Shown here in pieces: positions 54,477-63,707 of a DNA stretch of 64,000 bases. The DNA lies in IMG/VR virus record IMGVR_UViG_3300021426_000001. The stretch is one strand, 5' to 3'. Under the pieces are notes generated by a model that saw nothing but the letters and a program-made list of their open reading frames with translations, did not search any database and was not told the origin of the DNA. Made by a program: the position numbers and the translations under genes. Each line of letters begins with the position of its first letter. The first letter of the stretch is position 1. Origin of the DNA: a virus. Lineage: Duplodnaviria > Caudoviricetes.

Positions 54477-54868
54477 ATAAGTTCCCTCTTGCCTGAGATT
54501 CTTCTTAGAACCTCTTTGTCACTCAGCGATGGATCAAGCTGCTTGACGTTGTTGTAGTTGATGTGTCTCGTAACCTCGTCTGTGAAGTCCAGTCCGAGCT
54601 TCTTGTATGCTTGCGCCGCGATCTTGTTCGCGTTCAGTTCGATCTCCCTTGTGTCGCCGTAGAGAGTCATGAGCATCCTCTGAACTCTGTGCGAGAGCTC
54701 ATGGAGGATCTTGAACTTGTCCAAGAATCTGGTCTCCTTCTCGAAGTTGAGCGTGATTTTGTCTGTCTGCGGGTCGTATGAGCAGACCTTGCCGTACTCG
54801 GCTTGCTGCATGTCGAACTTGCGATACTCGGCGATGACCCTATTTGCTAAATCGTCTAGTGAATTCAT
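54464..54868 (-). CDS. HExxH metallopeptidase-like (ImmA/IrrE-like) protein
   Basis: LHELSH...E.NAN. Confidence 0.6.
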   Translation of the reverse strand: MNSLDDLANRVIAEYRKFDMQQAEYGKVCSYDPQTDKITLNFEKETRFLDKFKILHELSHRVQRMLMTLYGDTREIELNANKIAAQAYKKLGLDFTDEVTRHINYNNVKQLDPSLSDKEVLRRISGKRELIWRL

Positions 54869-55250
54869 GATTAGTTATTGCCCCGTCTCTAGTGGAGTAC
54901 TTGAAGTGTATTGCGAGGATGTGCGGATCGTCTGTCTGACCGAGTCCGCCGGTTGATCGGTCAATTGTTATGTTGAGGAGGTCTTCCATCTGCTGGAATA
55001 CCTTGTTTCTGATCTCGTCTTGGTTCACGTTCTTGGAGAACAGGATCTTGTAGAGCGGGCTGCCAAAGGCGAGGTTGAACAGCCTCTCTCCTGGAATAGT
55101 CAAGAGGTAGTTCTCTAGAGCCTGATCCATAGCGTGAGTACCCTTGCACTCGTAAGCATCAGGTTCGTTGTAGAGAGTCAGGTCGTAGTAGCCCGCTTCG
55201 ACTGTGTCGCCCACTCTCTTGAAGTCTGGAGAAGCTGTAATGTCTAGCAT
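54840..55250 (-). CDS. gp25: baseplate wedge protein (gp25-like)
   Basis: LLT.PGER.FN..FGS.L...LF. Confidence 0.85.
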   Translation of the reverse strand: MLDITASPDFKRVGDTVEAGYYDLTLYNEPDAYECKGTHAMDQALENYLLTIPGERLFNLAFGSPLYKILFSKNVNQDEIRNKVFQQMEDLLNITIDRSTGGLGQTDDPHILAIHFKYSTRDGAITNHEFTRRFSK

Positions 55251-55254
55251 AGTT

Positions 55255-55262
55255 TATTTATC
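55255..55262 (-). promoter_or_regulatory. late promoter variant, 4 nt from ATG
   Basis: GATAAATA AACT ATG. Confidence 0.6.
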
Positions 55263-55265
55263 AAG

Positions 55266-55294
55266 AAAAAAGCCCGGCTGTGGTTAAGCCGGGC
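55266..55294 (-). terminator. intrinsic terminator after sheath gene
   Basis: GCCCGGCT..AGCCGGGC followed by T-run. Confidence 0.8.
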
Positions 55295-55321
55295 GTGCGG
55301 AGGTTCATAAGCGAGATGGTA

Positions 55322-58300
55322 TTAGATTCTGGTCGTTGACTCCACCGGAGTGATCGACTGAGACTGTCTGTTGAGGATCAAAGTTACCTCGATTCTCTCG
55401 ATAGACTCAGTAGGAACGAAGCTGATGTTCACGTAGACCAAGTGAGTGTTCGTCGGATCTGGAATGACCTTCACGTCCTTGTCGAGAATTCCCTGACCTG
55501 ACATAATTCTGCCGAGGAATGCATCTACTGCCGTCTTCATCGCAGATCTGTTGGTCGTAGTGTTCTTCTGGTAGAGGAACGGAATGAGCTTCGTCTCGAG
55601 GTGCTTCTCGATGTAGTTGCAGAGCTTTCTGACATCGACACGGTTGAGAGCAGACTCCTTCTTGAGCATCGTCTTCTGACCCATGATTGCGTCGCCGTAG
55701 CCTGGGAAGTTGAGCGTGCTGTTGATGTGAATGTCGTAGAGCTGGCCGTACTCGTCATCGTCGAGACGTGTCATCGGACGATCAGAGTAAGCGATCCTTC
55801 CGTTTGTGACGCCTGCAGGTGCCATCCACGGCTTGTCGAAGTTGTCTACATAGCAGCATGCGGTAGCAGCAGCCACGGATCTCGGTAGCATAACGTATGT
55901 GCTCGTGAACGGATCGAAGTAGCGGTCGTAGTCGTCGTAAGCTGCGACATAAGAGCCATCACTGTAAGCAAATGTCTTACCCTCAGACAGCTTGAGACGG
56001 ATCGTCTTAGCTTCCTTAGAAGTTGCCTGGATGATTCCTAGGTCAAGCTTTCTAGAGATAGCGATCTGAGCGATTCTATCCTGCATTGCCTTGTACTTCT
56101 GCTTTCCAGAGAACGTCTCGATCGGCTCCACGTTGAACAGGTAGTCGAAGTAAGCCTTCTTTCTGTTCTTGTAGAGATCGAGAGCCTTCGTCTTCTCCTT
56201 CACGTTGTTAAGCTCAGAGTTTGTACCGCCAGTGAGCTGGTAGATGGAGAATGTCTGCTCTGGCATGCAGTACTCGCCCTTGTAGTTGACGGACTGCTCG
56301 ACAGACTTCTTTGAGACATAGATGAACTTAGACTTGCCGTTGATCACGTACGGTGCCCAGAGGCTGTTTCCGTTCTCGTCCTTTGCGTTCGGATCGTTTG
56401 ACACGAGCCATGACTCGACTGGAGACTGCATTAGAGCGTCCAGACCGAAGCCCCAGACTGCCTGAGTCTTAGAAGGTGCCTTCACGTAGACATTGATCTT
56501 GTAGACCTTCTTCCAAGTGAGGTTCTCCTTGTTACTCTTGTAGTCAAGACCTGCAGCGTCAACCTTGTCCTCGTCGTCATAGCGGTAGAGCCATGAGAAT
56601 CCGTTTTGTCCGTAGAGTGCTGGAATCTGAGCAGCAGCTGGCGTGATGATAGAGACTCCGACATCGTTTCCGAACTCGCCAGGACCGATAGCGCCGATGA
56701 TGAGCTGGTTAGTCTTGTTGGACTGGTACATCTCGATGTCGCCGTTGCCCGGCTCTGCGTCCGTCTCGCATCCAGGAGTGTAGCCGTCTTTCCAGATTCC
56801 AGTAGGATCTGAGAAGACTTCCGTAGAAGAGATAGCGATGAGCTTGTCGACTTCGTTGTCGCCGTCGAATTCAACCTGCCAAGGCTTCACGATGGATTCT
56901 GGATTCTCTGCTCCGTAGTGAGACTTGATCACTGGCTTCTTTGCGCCGTACTCAAGATACATAGCCCAAGTGTACTCATACTCGTTAGCAGCATGAACTC
57001 CAGTCTTGTAGAGGTCAGTGTCTACCACAGCGAGAACTTGGATCTGCTCAGTTCCATCTCCCTTAGCGAGAGTGTACTGGATGATTGCATAGTTTCCGTT
57101 TGAGATGTCTGCGACTTCAAGACCGTAGTCAGAAGCAACATCTCTGAGAAGAGCCTTCTGCTCAGTCGTTGTGCACTTGCTGCAAAGCGTTATCGTTACA
57201 GCGCCCTTCGTGATGACGTACTTGCTGTCAGCAGTTCCGTACTCAGTGAACTGAAGTCCCTTGACATCGTGTCTGCCGTTATCCCAGTCAGTCTTCGTGA
57301 TGACGAACGTCTTCGTGAGACCGTCATCCCAGTCAACTAGGTTCACCTGATAGACATCGAAGACTCCGTCAGTCGGAGTCGGCTTCAGATCCGTGACCTT
57401 GCTTACTGTGTTAGAGATGATGGTCTGGAGGCTCGTGGTCTCAGTAGTGATCTGTGTAGAATACAGGATCAAGTCAATTGATCTGTTGTTCAGCGATACG
57501 CTAGCAGGAATGTGAACGACCGTCTCGTAGTACTTAGTATCAGCGTTGCCAACGGTCTTCGTGATCGGAGTAGAGTTGAGATTCTGGAACCAGTAGAAGT
57601 CAGTCGTCTTAGAAGTCGTGGTCTTCTTGTTGATCGACTTGCTGTAGTCTGTGGTTGATACAGAGAAGAGTGCTGGATCGAGGTGAATTCCTGAAGCAGC
57701 ATCATCTGTCCAGACCTTACCAGCCTTTCCAGCGACAGACTCCAAAGAGCCACCAGAACGATCGCGGTAAACGTAGATCTCCTGGATCGGATTTCCGTTG
57801 AACTTTCTGTAGATGTCGTCGATCATGACGCTCTTAGACTTTCCGTGGTATGCGAAAGCGCTCTCATCTCCAGCCTTCTCATACGCTTCGAAACCGTCAT
57901 CAACTGCCTTGTTCGGATCGTAGTCATTCTTCGTCATGACCTGAATGAGTCTCAGATTGTTCAAGAGCTCGTTGTCAACGAAGCTGATCTTCTGAATACC
58001 GGTCATCGTCGTGATCGTCTGACCCTCGTGTTCTGGATCAGGAATTGATCTTGTGCCACCGATAATGTTCTTGTCGACTGAATCCGTGAACGGGAACTGA
58101 ATCTGAGCGTAGCCTTCATCACCCTGCGTAGCTCTCACGACGAGAAGCTGTGTAGCGCCGCCCTGTTCGAAGTAGACTTGAGCAGCGAAGTGACCATACT
58201 GGTTTGGATTGTCTGGAGTGCCGAAGAACTCGTGGAACTTGTCGATCGTTGTGCAGAGAACACGCTGGTTCGGAACGCCACGGTTAGCGTTTATCACAAT

Positions 58301-58396
58301 AGCGCCGATGCCGTCTCCAGGTTCAGCATTCGGTCTTACTGTGTTGTCGATTTCTTTGAAACCGATGCCAGGGACGTTGTAAGCCGTATTAGCCAT
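55322..58396 (-). CDS. gp18: tail sheath protein (gp18-like) with large insertion
   Basis: PGI.F.EID, FG.P, VVRA, PWMAPAG..NG, GQKT...SALNRVDVR.L; start ATG 58396. Confidence 0.92.
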   Translation of the reverse strand: MANTAYNVPGIGFKEIDNTVRPNAEPGDGIGAIVINANRGVPNQRVLCTTIDKFHEFFGTPDNPNQYGHFAAQVYFEQGGATQLLVVRATQGDEGYAQIQFPFTDSVDKNIIGGTRSIPDPEHEGQTITTMTGIQKISFVDNELLNNLRLIQVMTKNDYDPNKAVDDGFEAYEKAGDESAFAYHGKSKSVMIDDIYRKFNGNPIQEIYVYRDRSGGSLESVAGKAGKVWTDDAASGIHLDPALFSVSTTDYSKSINKKTTTSKTTDFYWFQNLNSTPITKTVGNADTKYYETVVHIPASVSLNNRSIDLILYSTQITTETTSLQTIISNTVSKVTDLKPTPTDGVFDVYQVNLVDWDDGLTKTFVITKTDWDNGRHDVKGLQFTEYGTADSKYVITKGAVTITLCSKCTTTEQKALLRDVASDYGLEVADISNGNYAIIQYTLAKGDGTEQIQVLAVVDTDLYKTGVHAANEYEYTWAMYLEYGAKKPVIKSHYGAENPESIVKPWQVEFDGDNEVDKLIAISSTEVFSDPTGIWKDGYTPGCETDAEPGNGDIEMYQSNKTNQLIIGAIGPGEFGNDVGVSIITPAAAQIPALYGQNGFSWLYRYDDEDKVDAAGLDYKSNKENLTWKKVYKINVYVKAPSKTQAVWGFGLDALMQSPVESWLVSNDPNAKDENGNSLWAPYVINGKSKFIYVSKKSVEQSVNYKGEYCMPEQTFSIYQLTGGTNSELNNVKEKTKALDLYKNRKKAYFDYLFNVEPIETFSGKQKYKAMQDRIAQIAISRKLDLGIIQATSKEAKTIRLKLSEGKTFAYSDGSYVAAYDDYDRYFDPFTSTYVMLPRSVAAATACCYVDNFDKPWMAPAGVTNGRIAYSDRPMTRLDDDEYGQLYDIHINSTLNFPGYGDAIMGQKTMLKKESALNRVDVRKLCNYIEKHLETKLIPFLYQKNTTTNRSAMKTAVDAFLGRIMSGQGILDKDVKVIPDPTNTHLVYVNISFVPTESIERIEVTLILNRQSQSITPVESTTRI

Positions 58397-58447
58397 GCTT
58401 AAAATCTCCTTAAATTTCGACGGGTACAACCCGTCTCTCGTTTAGAT

Positions 58448-58455
58448 TATTTATA
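58448..58455 (-). promoter_or_regulatory. late promoter
   Basis: TATAAATA. Confidence 0.78.
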
Positions 58456-58482
58456 CCGAGTTGTCAAGGAGATTAGTTGAGT

Positions 58483-59976
58483 TTAGATCGGGTAAAGTTG
58501 AGATTTCTGAGTGAATTCCTGCTCTTGGTAGTACTTCGCTCTCTCGACCCAGTGGTCGTAGAGGTAGTTCGAGTGAACTTTGCCCCTCTTTGACTTCCAT
58601 CTCATGTCGTCCACGATGTCGAAAATCACGATTCTGCTCTTCTCAGGGTGCTTTCTCAGACCTCTTCCGAGAGACTGAAGAACCTTGATCTTGGACTTAG
58701 AGTTCGAATACAGGACGATCTCGTGGATCTTCTTGATGTTGACGCCAGTTGACATGGTGCCGAAAGTAGCCACGATGATGAGTCCGTCCGACTCTTCTGC
58801 CGAGACACGGATGAACTCTCGCTCGGCAGACTTGACTGATCCAGTGATCTTCGTGATTCTTCTGTTTGGAGCGATCTTCTTCAAGTATTCCACAGTTGCG
58901 TCTACGTGATCTACGTGATTGCAGAGAATGAGCATGTTGTGGTTCTGAGGCATAGCGCCGAGGATCTTGTCAAGAATCGTCTTGCGGTTCTCGTACTCCT
59001 CCACCATTCTCACTTCCTCAGGGAACGTTCTCTCCTGATTAGAGAGAATGAAGTCCATCGGGTACTGGAGGAAGATGTTTGCGATGATTATCTTGGTCAA
59101 GAAGCCTCTCTCGATCAGCTCCTTTGAAGTGATTTTGTATAGCGTCTTTCCAAGAACTGACTTGCAGGTCCACTGATCGCACTTAGATGTCGGAAGAGTT
59201 CCGGTCGTTCCGATCTTGAACTCTGCCCTCATGCAGAACTTGAGGTAGTCCGAGATCTTCACGCCTCTTGCTCCATGGCACTCGTCAACGACGACTGCTT
59301 GCTGCTTCATGAAGAAGTCAACATCCTCTTTCTTTAGGGACTGCCAAGTGGTGATCAGAATCGGCACATTGAAGGTCGGAACGTGATCCTTGTCCTGGAG
59401 CTCGCACCACTTATCGATGTCAGTCCAGCCATAGTCCTTGAAGTCCTCGTACATCTGAGTGACGAGCATGATTGACGGAACGATCAAGAGCATGTGCTTG
59501 AACTGCTTCTCCATCATCAAATTTCTCAGGAAGAGGTAGATCATGAGCGACTTTCCAGAGGAGGTGCAGCACTCGAGGATGCCCTTCTTGTTGTTCAGGG
59601 CAGCGAAAGTGGCTTCAGCCTGATAGTCGCGGACCTGATACTTAGAGCCAGCGAGGATCTGCTTGCAGTTGGAGTCGAACTTCTCTCGGGACAGCCACGG
59701 CTTTGGATCTCTCTCGAAGTCCACGAACTCTAGCGAGTGGTTGTGAGTCTTGGCGAATCTAGCGAGCTCGTCAACGAGTCCTATCGGCAGCATCATGTTG
59801 GCTGTCTTGAAAAAGTGCGTGAAGCCGTCCCATGCATGGCACTTGTATCTCGGGTGGAACTCGTATCCCTCCGGATGAACAGCGAAGGAGGCATCCAGCT
59901 CGTATAGAATGTCTCCGTCATTTGCGCTTAGATGGAAGTAGCTCTCGTTAACCTTTCTCGCTATGATCTTTCCCAT
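58483..59976 (-). CDS. uvsW: UvsW-like SF2 DNA helicase
   Basis: WDG, RDYQ, TSSGKS, DECH, GTTGT, STGVNI, LQSLGR.LR. Confidence 0.93.
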   Translation of the reverse strand: MGKIIARKVNESYFHLSANDGDILYELDASFAVHPEGYEFHPRYKCHAWDGFTHFFKTANMMLPIGLVDELARFAKTHNHSLEFVDFERDPKPWLSREKFDSNCKQILAGSKYQVRDYQAEATFAALNNKKGILECCTSSGKSLMIYLFLRNLMMEKQFKHMLLIVPSIMLVTQMYEDFKDYGWTDIDKWCELQDKDHVPTFNVPILITTWQSLKKEDVDFFMKQQAVVVDECHGARGVKISDYLKFCMRAEFKIGTTGTLPTSKCDQWTCKSVLGKTLYKITSKELIERGFLTKIIIANIFLQYPMDFILSNQERTFPEEVRMVEEYENRKTILDKILGAMPQNHNMLILCNHVDHVDATVEYLKKIAPNRRITKITGSVKSAEREFIRVSAEESDGLIIVATFGTMSTGVNIKKIHEIVLYSNSKSKIKVLQSLGRGLRKHPEKSRIVIFDIVDDMRWKSKRGKVHSNYLYDHWVERAKYYQEQEFTQKSQLYPI

Positions 59977-60003
59977 AGTTCAAATCTCCTCTTGAGTTCA
60001 CGC

Positions 60004-60011
60004 TATTTATA
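60004..60011 (-). promoter_or_regulatory. late promoter
   Basis: TATAAATA upstream of uvsW. Confidence 0.75.
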
Positions 60012-60014
60012 GCG

Positions 60015-63000
60015 CTATCTCAAGAACTTCCTCTTCGCCTTCGTCATCTTGTACTCGATGTAGTCCTTGCGAGAAGCAGACCAGCCGATGACCTCGAACA
60101 GAGCGTGGAACACGGACATGAAGAACTTCTCGAAGGTGGTGTCGTAGTCGACTGTGAAGATGTCGTCGAACTCCTTTGGCCATGTCTCGAAACCGATGAC
60201 TTCGAATCCGTACTTGTTGTTCGGATAGACGAAGAGATACTTCGCCTTCGAGCCTCTCTGGAGCGGATCTATCGGGAACTTGTTCTTCGCGGCGATGTAG
60301 TTGTGGTAGATGGCGATCTTGCAAGCCTGATGGGTGCCTGACGGAATGTTCAGTCCGTTCTGCACATACCAGTCCATTTCGTGGTCGAGGTATTTTCTCA
60401 CGTCTCCGACAGAGCGTGAAGCTGAGATGTCGTCCAGCTTGGCGTCCCTGAAGACAGAGTATGCATCTTGTATCTTGCGGATCGTCTCTTCCTTTGATGC
60501 GCCGAGAAGCACATCTGCTGTGATAGACACTGCCTTGTCCTGGCAGAACGGCGGGAACTCAGCCTTCTTGAGAACGAGGCCCTGAATCTTCAAGTGCTTG
60601 TGAGGGTCCTCTTCGTATCCGAAGAACTTTCCGTCCTTGTCGACGACTGAGCCGAGATAGAGCTTCTTGCCGTAAGAGATGAAGTTCGAGAACATGTTCT
60701 CACGGGTGAAGATGATTCGGTTAGTCATCTTGTTCTTCTCAGCCTTCATGTCTAGAATGACCTTCCAGAACCAGTTCATCTGCTTCTCCATGCAGTAGAA
60801 CCACTCCATGTCGTCCATGTACGGGAATAGTCCGATCTTGTGCTCGTCGAAGCAGTAGTAGTTGGAGTCCGTGTCCACCTGAACGACGACAGAGGCACGA
60901 TCTACGAAGCTAATCGGCTTCTCGATGACGTTCACGCAGTCGATTGCGTTTCCGTCAACCGTTGCGCCGCGAGCTAGGTCAAATCCAGTGACGGTCTGTC
61001 CCTCTGCGTTGGTGAAGCGTGCGCCGCCGTCAACGACTGAGATCTTCATCTTCATCGCAGTGTCGTTCAGAACGACCTCGATTGTCTCGTCGAGCTTGAA
61101 GAGATGGCACTCGCCCTTGTAGACCACGTTCACGAGCTTCTCAGTAGTGATCTTCTTGATAGGCTTGAGCGGCTCATGCTTGGTGAGGTCGTTGATGTAG
61201 AGGTCGATTGCAGCGCCATTTATCGTGTTCTTGGCGGTTATGTCGACGGCCTTGAGTTTACCCTGATCAGTCTCGACTTCGTCCTCCTGCTTGTACCATT
61301 TGCCGTTTATTCGGATGACTGGGAAGAACTTCATCGAGTCGCGAAGGATCTGCTCAGAGCGGTAGTATTTGTCCGTGTTGTCCTTGAGGTAGCGGATAGT
61401 GACACGAGCGCAGCGAGTGATCGAGCGAGCGCAGTCGATGTTGAAGAGGTGGAAGTTCTTGTACAGGCAAGCGCCGTATAGAGAGTTGATGAGCTTCTTA
61501 CGGGTTAGCTGAAGAGTGCGGTAGCGGTCAGCTGCGACAAGATCTCCCTTCTTCTCAGCGTCCTGCATGAGCAGCTTGAACTTGAGACGTTCGTCGAAGA
61601 TCTTTGACACGACAGACGGAAGAATTGCGTCGTCTGTGCGAAGGAATCCAACTCCGTTGACTTCTGAGCGGATAACGCGACCAGAGGCGATGTCCTCGGC
61701 GGTAGGCTTGATTACTCTCGTCTCAGGCGAGATGTTGTACATGATGATGTGGTTCGGGTAAGAAGAAGTGATGTCGCCCGACATGTTGTGCTGATAGCGG
61801 CCCGGATCTGCGTAGCAGTAGCCAGCCTTCACAGCGTATGGCTCGAACGAAGTCGGAGACTCGGGAGTGCAGTTCTGATACTCAATTATTCCGTTTCCGA
61901 GATCCTTCTTGAAGTAGCCCTCGTCGTGCCACCAGTCGGCTGGCTTCTCGTACATGTCGTTGTAGACCTGATCCTGCGCGTGAAGGAATCGCATGATGTA
62001 GCCGTCATGGGCAGAGGTCATCGCGAACACGTTGTCAAGGCATATCAGAGCTTCATTTGCGTAAGCGATCGTGGTCGGCCATAGACGCTTCTTAGCCTCG
62101 ATCTTGACCATCAGACGGACGTCCTGGACGTTATACTCGACGTAGGTCGTGTAGTCTTTGATGTAGTGCTCAGAGAGACCGTAGTCAAGCTTGACCTTTC
62201 CCTCTTTAACTTCCTTCTGACCGATGTAGTCGAGCTTCCAAGACGGAGAGTTCTTCACGAAGCCGATGAACTTGTACAGCTCCAGATAGTCCATCATGTA
62301 GAGGCCGGGAGAGCTGTAGTGGTAGCCCGTGATGATTCCGTTGTCGTCTGTGATTGGACGCTTCTGGACTGGCATCTTCAACGGCGACAGGAGACGAGTG
62401 AAGTCTCTCTTCTCGCCATGCTCTGCCTGAAGTCTGCGCATTCTGTTGATGATGTAGCTGTCATCGAACTTCTCTGAGTTCCAGCCAGTTAGCACGTCGA
62501 AGTGCTGCTGCCAGAACCAGATGTAGAAGTCCTTCATCATGTCGATCTCATTCTCGAACCATTTGTAGTTCGTGACTTCTGGAGAGTTGCCATTGTACGG
62601 CTCAAGACCCCAAGTGTAGGTCTGGTCGGTGACGGTGCTGTACACAGTGATCAGGTTGATGGGGTAGTTGGCGTCTTCTGGGTTCGGGAACTCTTGGTTG
62701 ATGAAGCAGCTGTCGTAGTAGCGCTTCCACTTGTTCTCTACGATGTCGAAAGCCTCGTACTTCTTCGTGTTTCCACGGTGCTCGAAGTCATAGATTGAGA
62801 TCGTCTCTTCATTCTCGGTGCCGAGAGGACGAACACGAATCTTCGTCTTCATCGGATAGCGTCTGGAGGTCTGTGTTTCAATATCGTAGAAGGCGATGCG
62901 GTAGTCCTTGTACTCTTCGTAGGTCAGCTCGGCCTTGTCATACTTCTCGTGGATGAACTTGACTGGCGCCTTCAGGTCCGACTCCGCCAAGCGCATCTTT

Positions 63001-63212
63001 TTCTTTAGGACCTTGTATGTCGCAAAGTCTTCCTTCGTATTGCACACCATCTGCTTCATCGGAACACCGAAGCAGTCACGGATCTTCGACTTCTTGTCTG
63101 GATCAGGCATGAAATACTTGAACACATAAGGGTACTTCTTGTACTCTAGGGAGCCCACCTCTCGCTCATAGATGGTGTTCGACTCTCTGTCATAAAACAC
63201 GTTCTTATACAT
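60015..63212 (-). CDS. gp43: family B DNA polymerase (gp43-like) with two insertions
   Basis: DIET, GWNSEKFD, YNVQDV, DITSSYP..NISPET, KKLINSLYG, DTDS, KKLY. Confidence 0.95.
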   Translation of the reverse strand: MYKNVFYDRESNTIYEREVGSLEYKKYPYVFKYFMPDPDKKSKIRDCFGVPMKQMVCNTKEDFATYKVLKKKMRLAESDLKAPVKFIHEKYDKAELTYEEYKDYRIAFYDIETQTSRRYPMKTKIRVRPLGTENEETISIYDFEHRGNTKKYEAFDIVENKWKRYYDSCFINQEFPNPEDANYPINLITVYSTVTDQTYTWGLEPYNGNSPEVTNYKWFENEIDMMKDFYIWFWQQHFDVLTGWNSEKFDDSYIINRMRRLQAEHGEKRDFTRLLSPLKMPVQKRPITDDNGIITGYHYSSPGLYMMDYLELYKFIGFVKNSPSWKLDYIGQKEVKEGKVKLDYGLSEHYIKDYTTYVEYNVQDVRLMVKIEAKKRLWPTTIAYANEALICLDNVFAMTSAHDGYIMRFLHAQDQVYNDMYEKPADWWHDEGYFKKDLGNGIIEYQNCTPESPTSFEPYAVKAGYCYADPGRYQHNMSGDITSSYPNHIIMYNISPETRVIKPTAEDIASGRVIRSEVNGVGFLRTDDAILPSVVSKIFDERLKFKLLMQDAEKKGDLVAADRYRTLQLTRKKLINSLYGACLYKNFHLFNIDCARSITRCARVTIRYLKDNTDKYYRSEQILRDSMKFFPVIRINGKWYKQEDEVETDQGKLKAVDITAKNTINGAAIDLYINDLTKHEPLKPIKKITTEKLVNVVYKGECHLFKLDETIEVVLNDTAMKMKISVVDGGARFTNAEGQTVTGFDLARGATVDGNAIDCVNVIEKPISFVDRASVVVQVDTDSNYYCFDEHKIGLFPYMDDMEWFYCMEKQMNWFWKVILDMKAEKNKMTNRIIFTRENMFSNFISYGKKLYLGSVVDKDGKFFGYEEDPHKHLKIQGLVLKKAEFPPFCQDKAVSITADVLLGASKEETIRKIQDAYSVFRDAKLDDISASRSVGDVRKYLDHEMDWYVQNGLNIPSGTHQACKIAIYHNYIAAKNKFPIDPLQRGSKAKYLFVYPNNKYGFEVIGFETWPKEFDDIFTVDYDTTFEKFFMSVFHALFEVIGWSASRKDYIEYKMTKAKRKFLR

Positions 63213-63258
63213 ATTTTCTCGCTAGTTTTCGAGTTAAATATAGAACTTGCACAAGAAA

Positions 63259-63281
63259 GGCCGTTTCGTCTCGAAACGGCC
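63259..63281 (-). terminator. hairpin/terminator
   Basis: GGCCGTTTCG..CGAAACGGCC. Confidence 0.65.
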
Positions 63282-63304
63282 AATTTGAATTCTCTTGAGA
63301 GGTT

Positions 63305-63679
63305 TTAGACGTCTTTTACGAGTTTAGCTCCAAGGAAAGTGAAGTCGCAACAGCTAGGCGTGTTTTTGTCCTGCTTTCCAGTCTCAGCATATCGAATTAC
63401 AGCGTCTCTTAGCTCATCGATCGAAGTAAAGCCCTCGTCCTCGTAGCAGGATAGCATCTCATCATCGTCACCAGCTGCGTGTATAGCTTCCATAGCTTTC
63501 CAGTAAGCTTCAGCTGGAGTCTTTGCTGCGGAGTATGGTACCTCCTCTGTGCTCTCGGAATAGCCCTCGTCAGGATCCTCGTATCTTACGACCCAATACG
63601 GTTCGCTGGAGTTCTCTTTGACGATCTTGTAACCTGTGCTCTCCAGCAGTCTTCTCGCTTTCGAAAATTTCATTTTCAT
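63305..63679 (-). CDS. late hypothetical protein, probable head-internal protein
   Basis: N-terminal MKFSKARRLLESTGYKIVKE motif; late promoter 63708-63715. Confidence 0.7.
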   Translation of the reverse strand: MKMKFSKARRLLESTGYKIVKENSSEPYWVVRYEDPDEGYSESTEEVPYSAAKTPAEAYWKAMEAIHAAGDDDEMLSCYEDEGFTSIDELRDAVIRYAETGKQDKNTPSCCDFTFLGAKLVKDV

Positions 63680-63707
63680 TTTGGAATTCTCCTATTTCCT
63701 TATAGCT

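Noticed and set aside
60910-61334. Active intein in the DNA polymerase
   Set aside because: No C/S start, TxxH or HN-C/S/T junction; reported instead as a degenerate insert
941-62798. Many long plus-strand ORFs (e.g. 941-1672, 2667-3575, 33888-34379, 40837-41304) and minus-strand ORFs inside the DinG gene
   Set aside because: Antisense shadows of genuine genes produced by codon bias; no RBS or recognisable motifs
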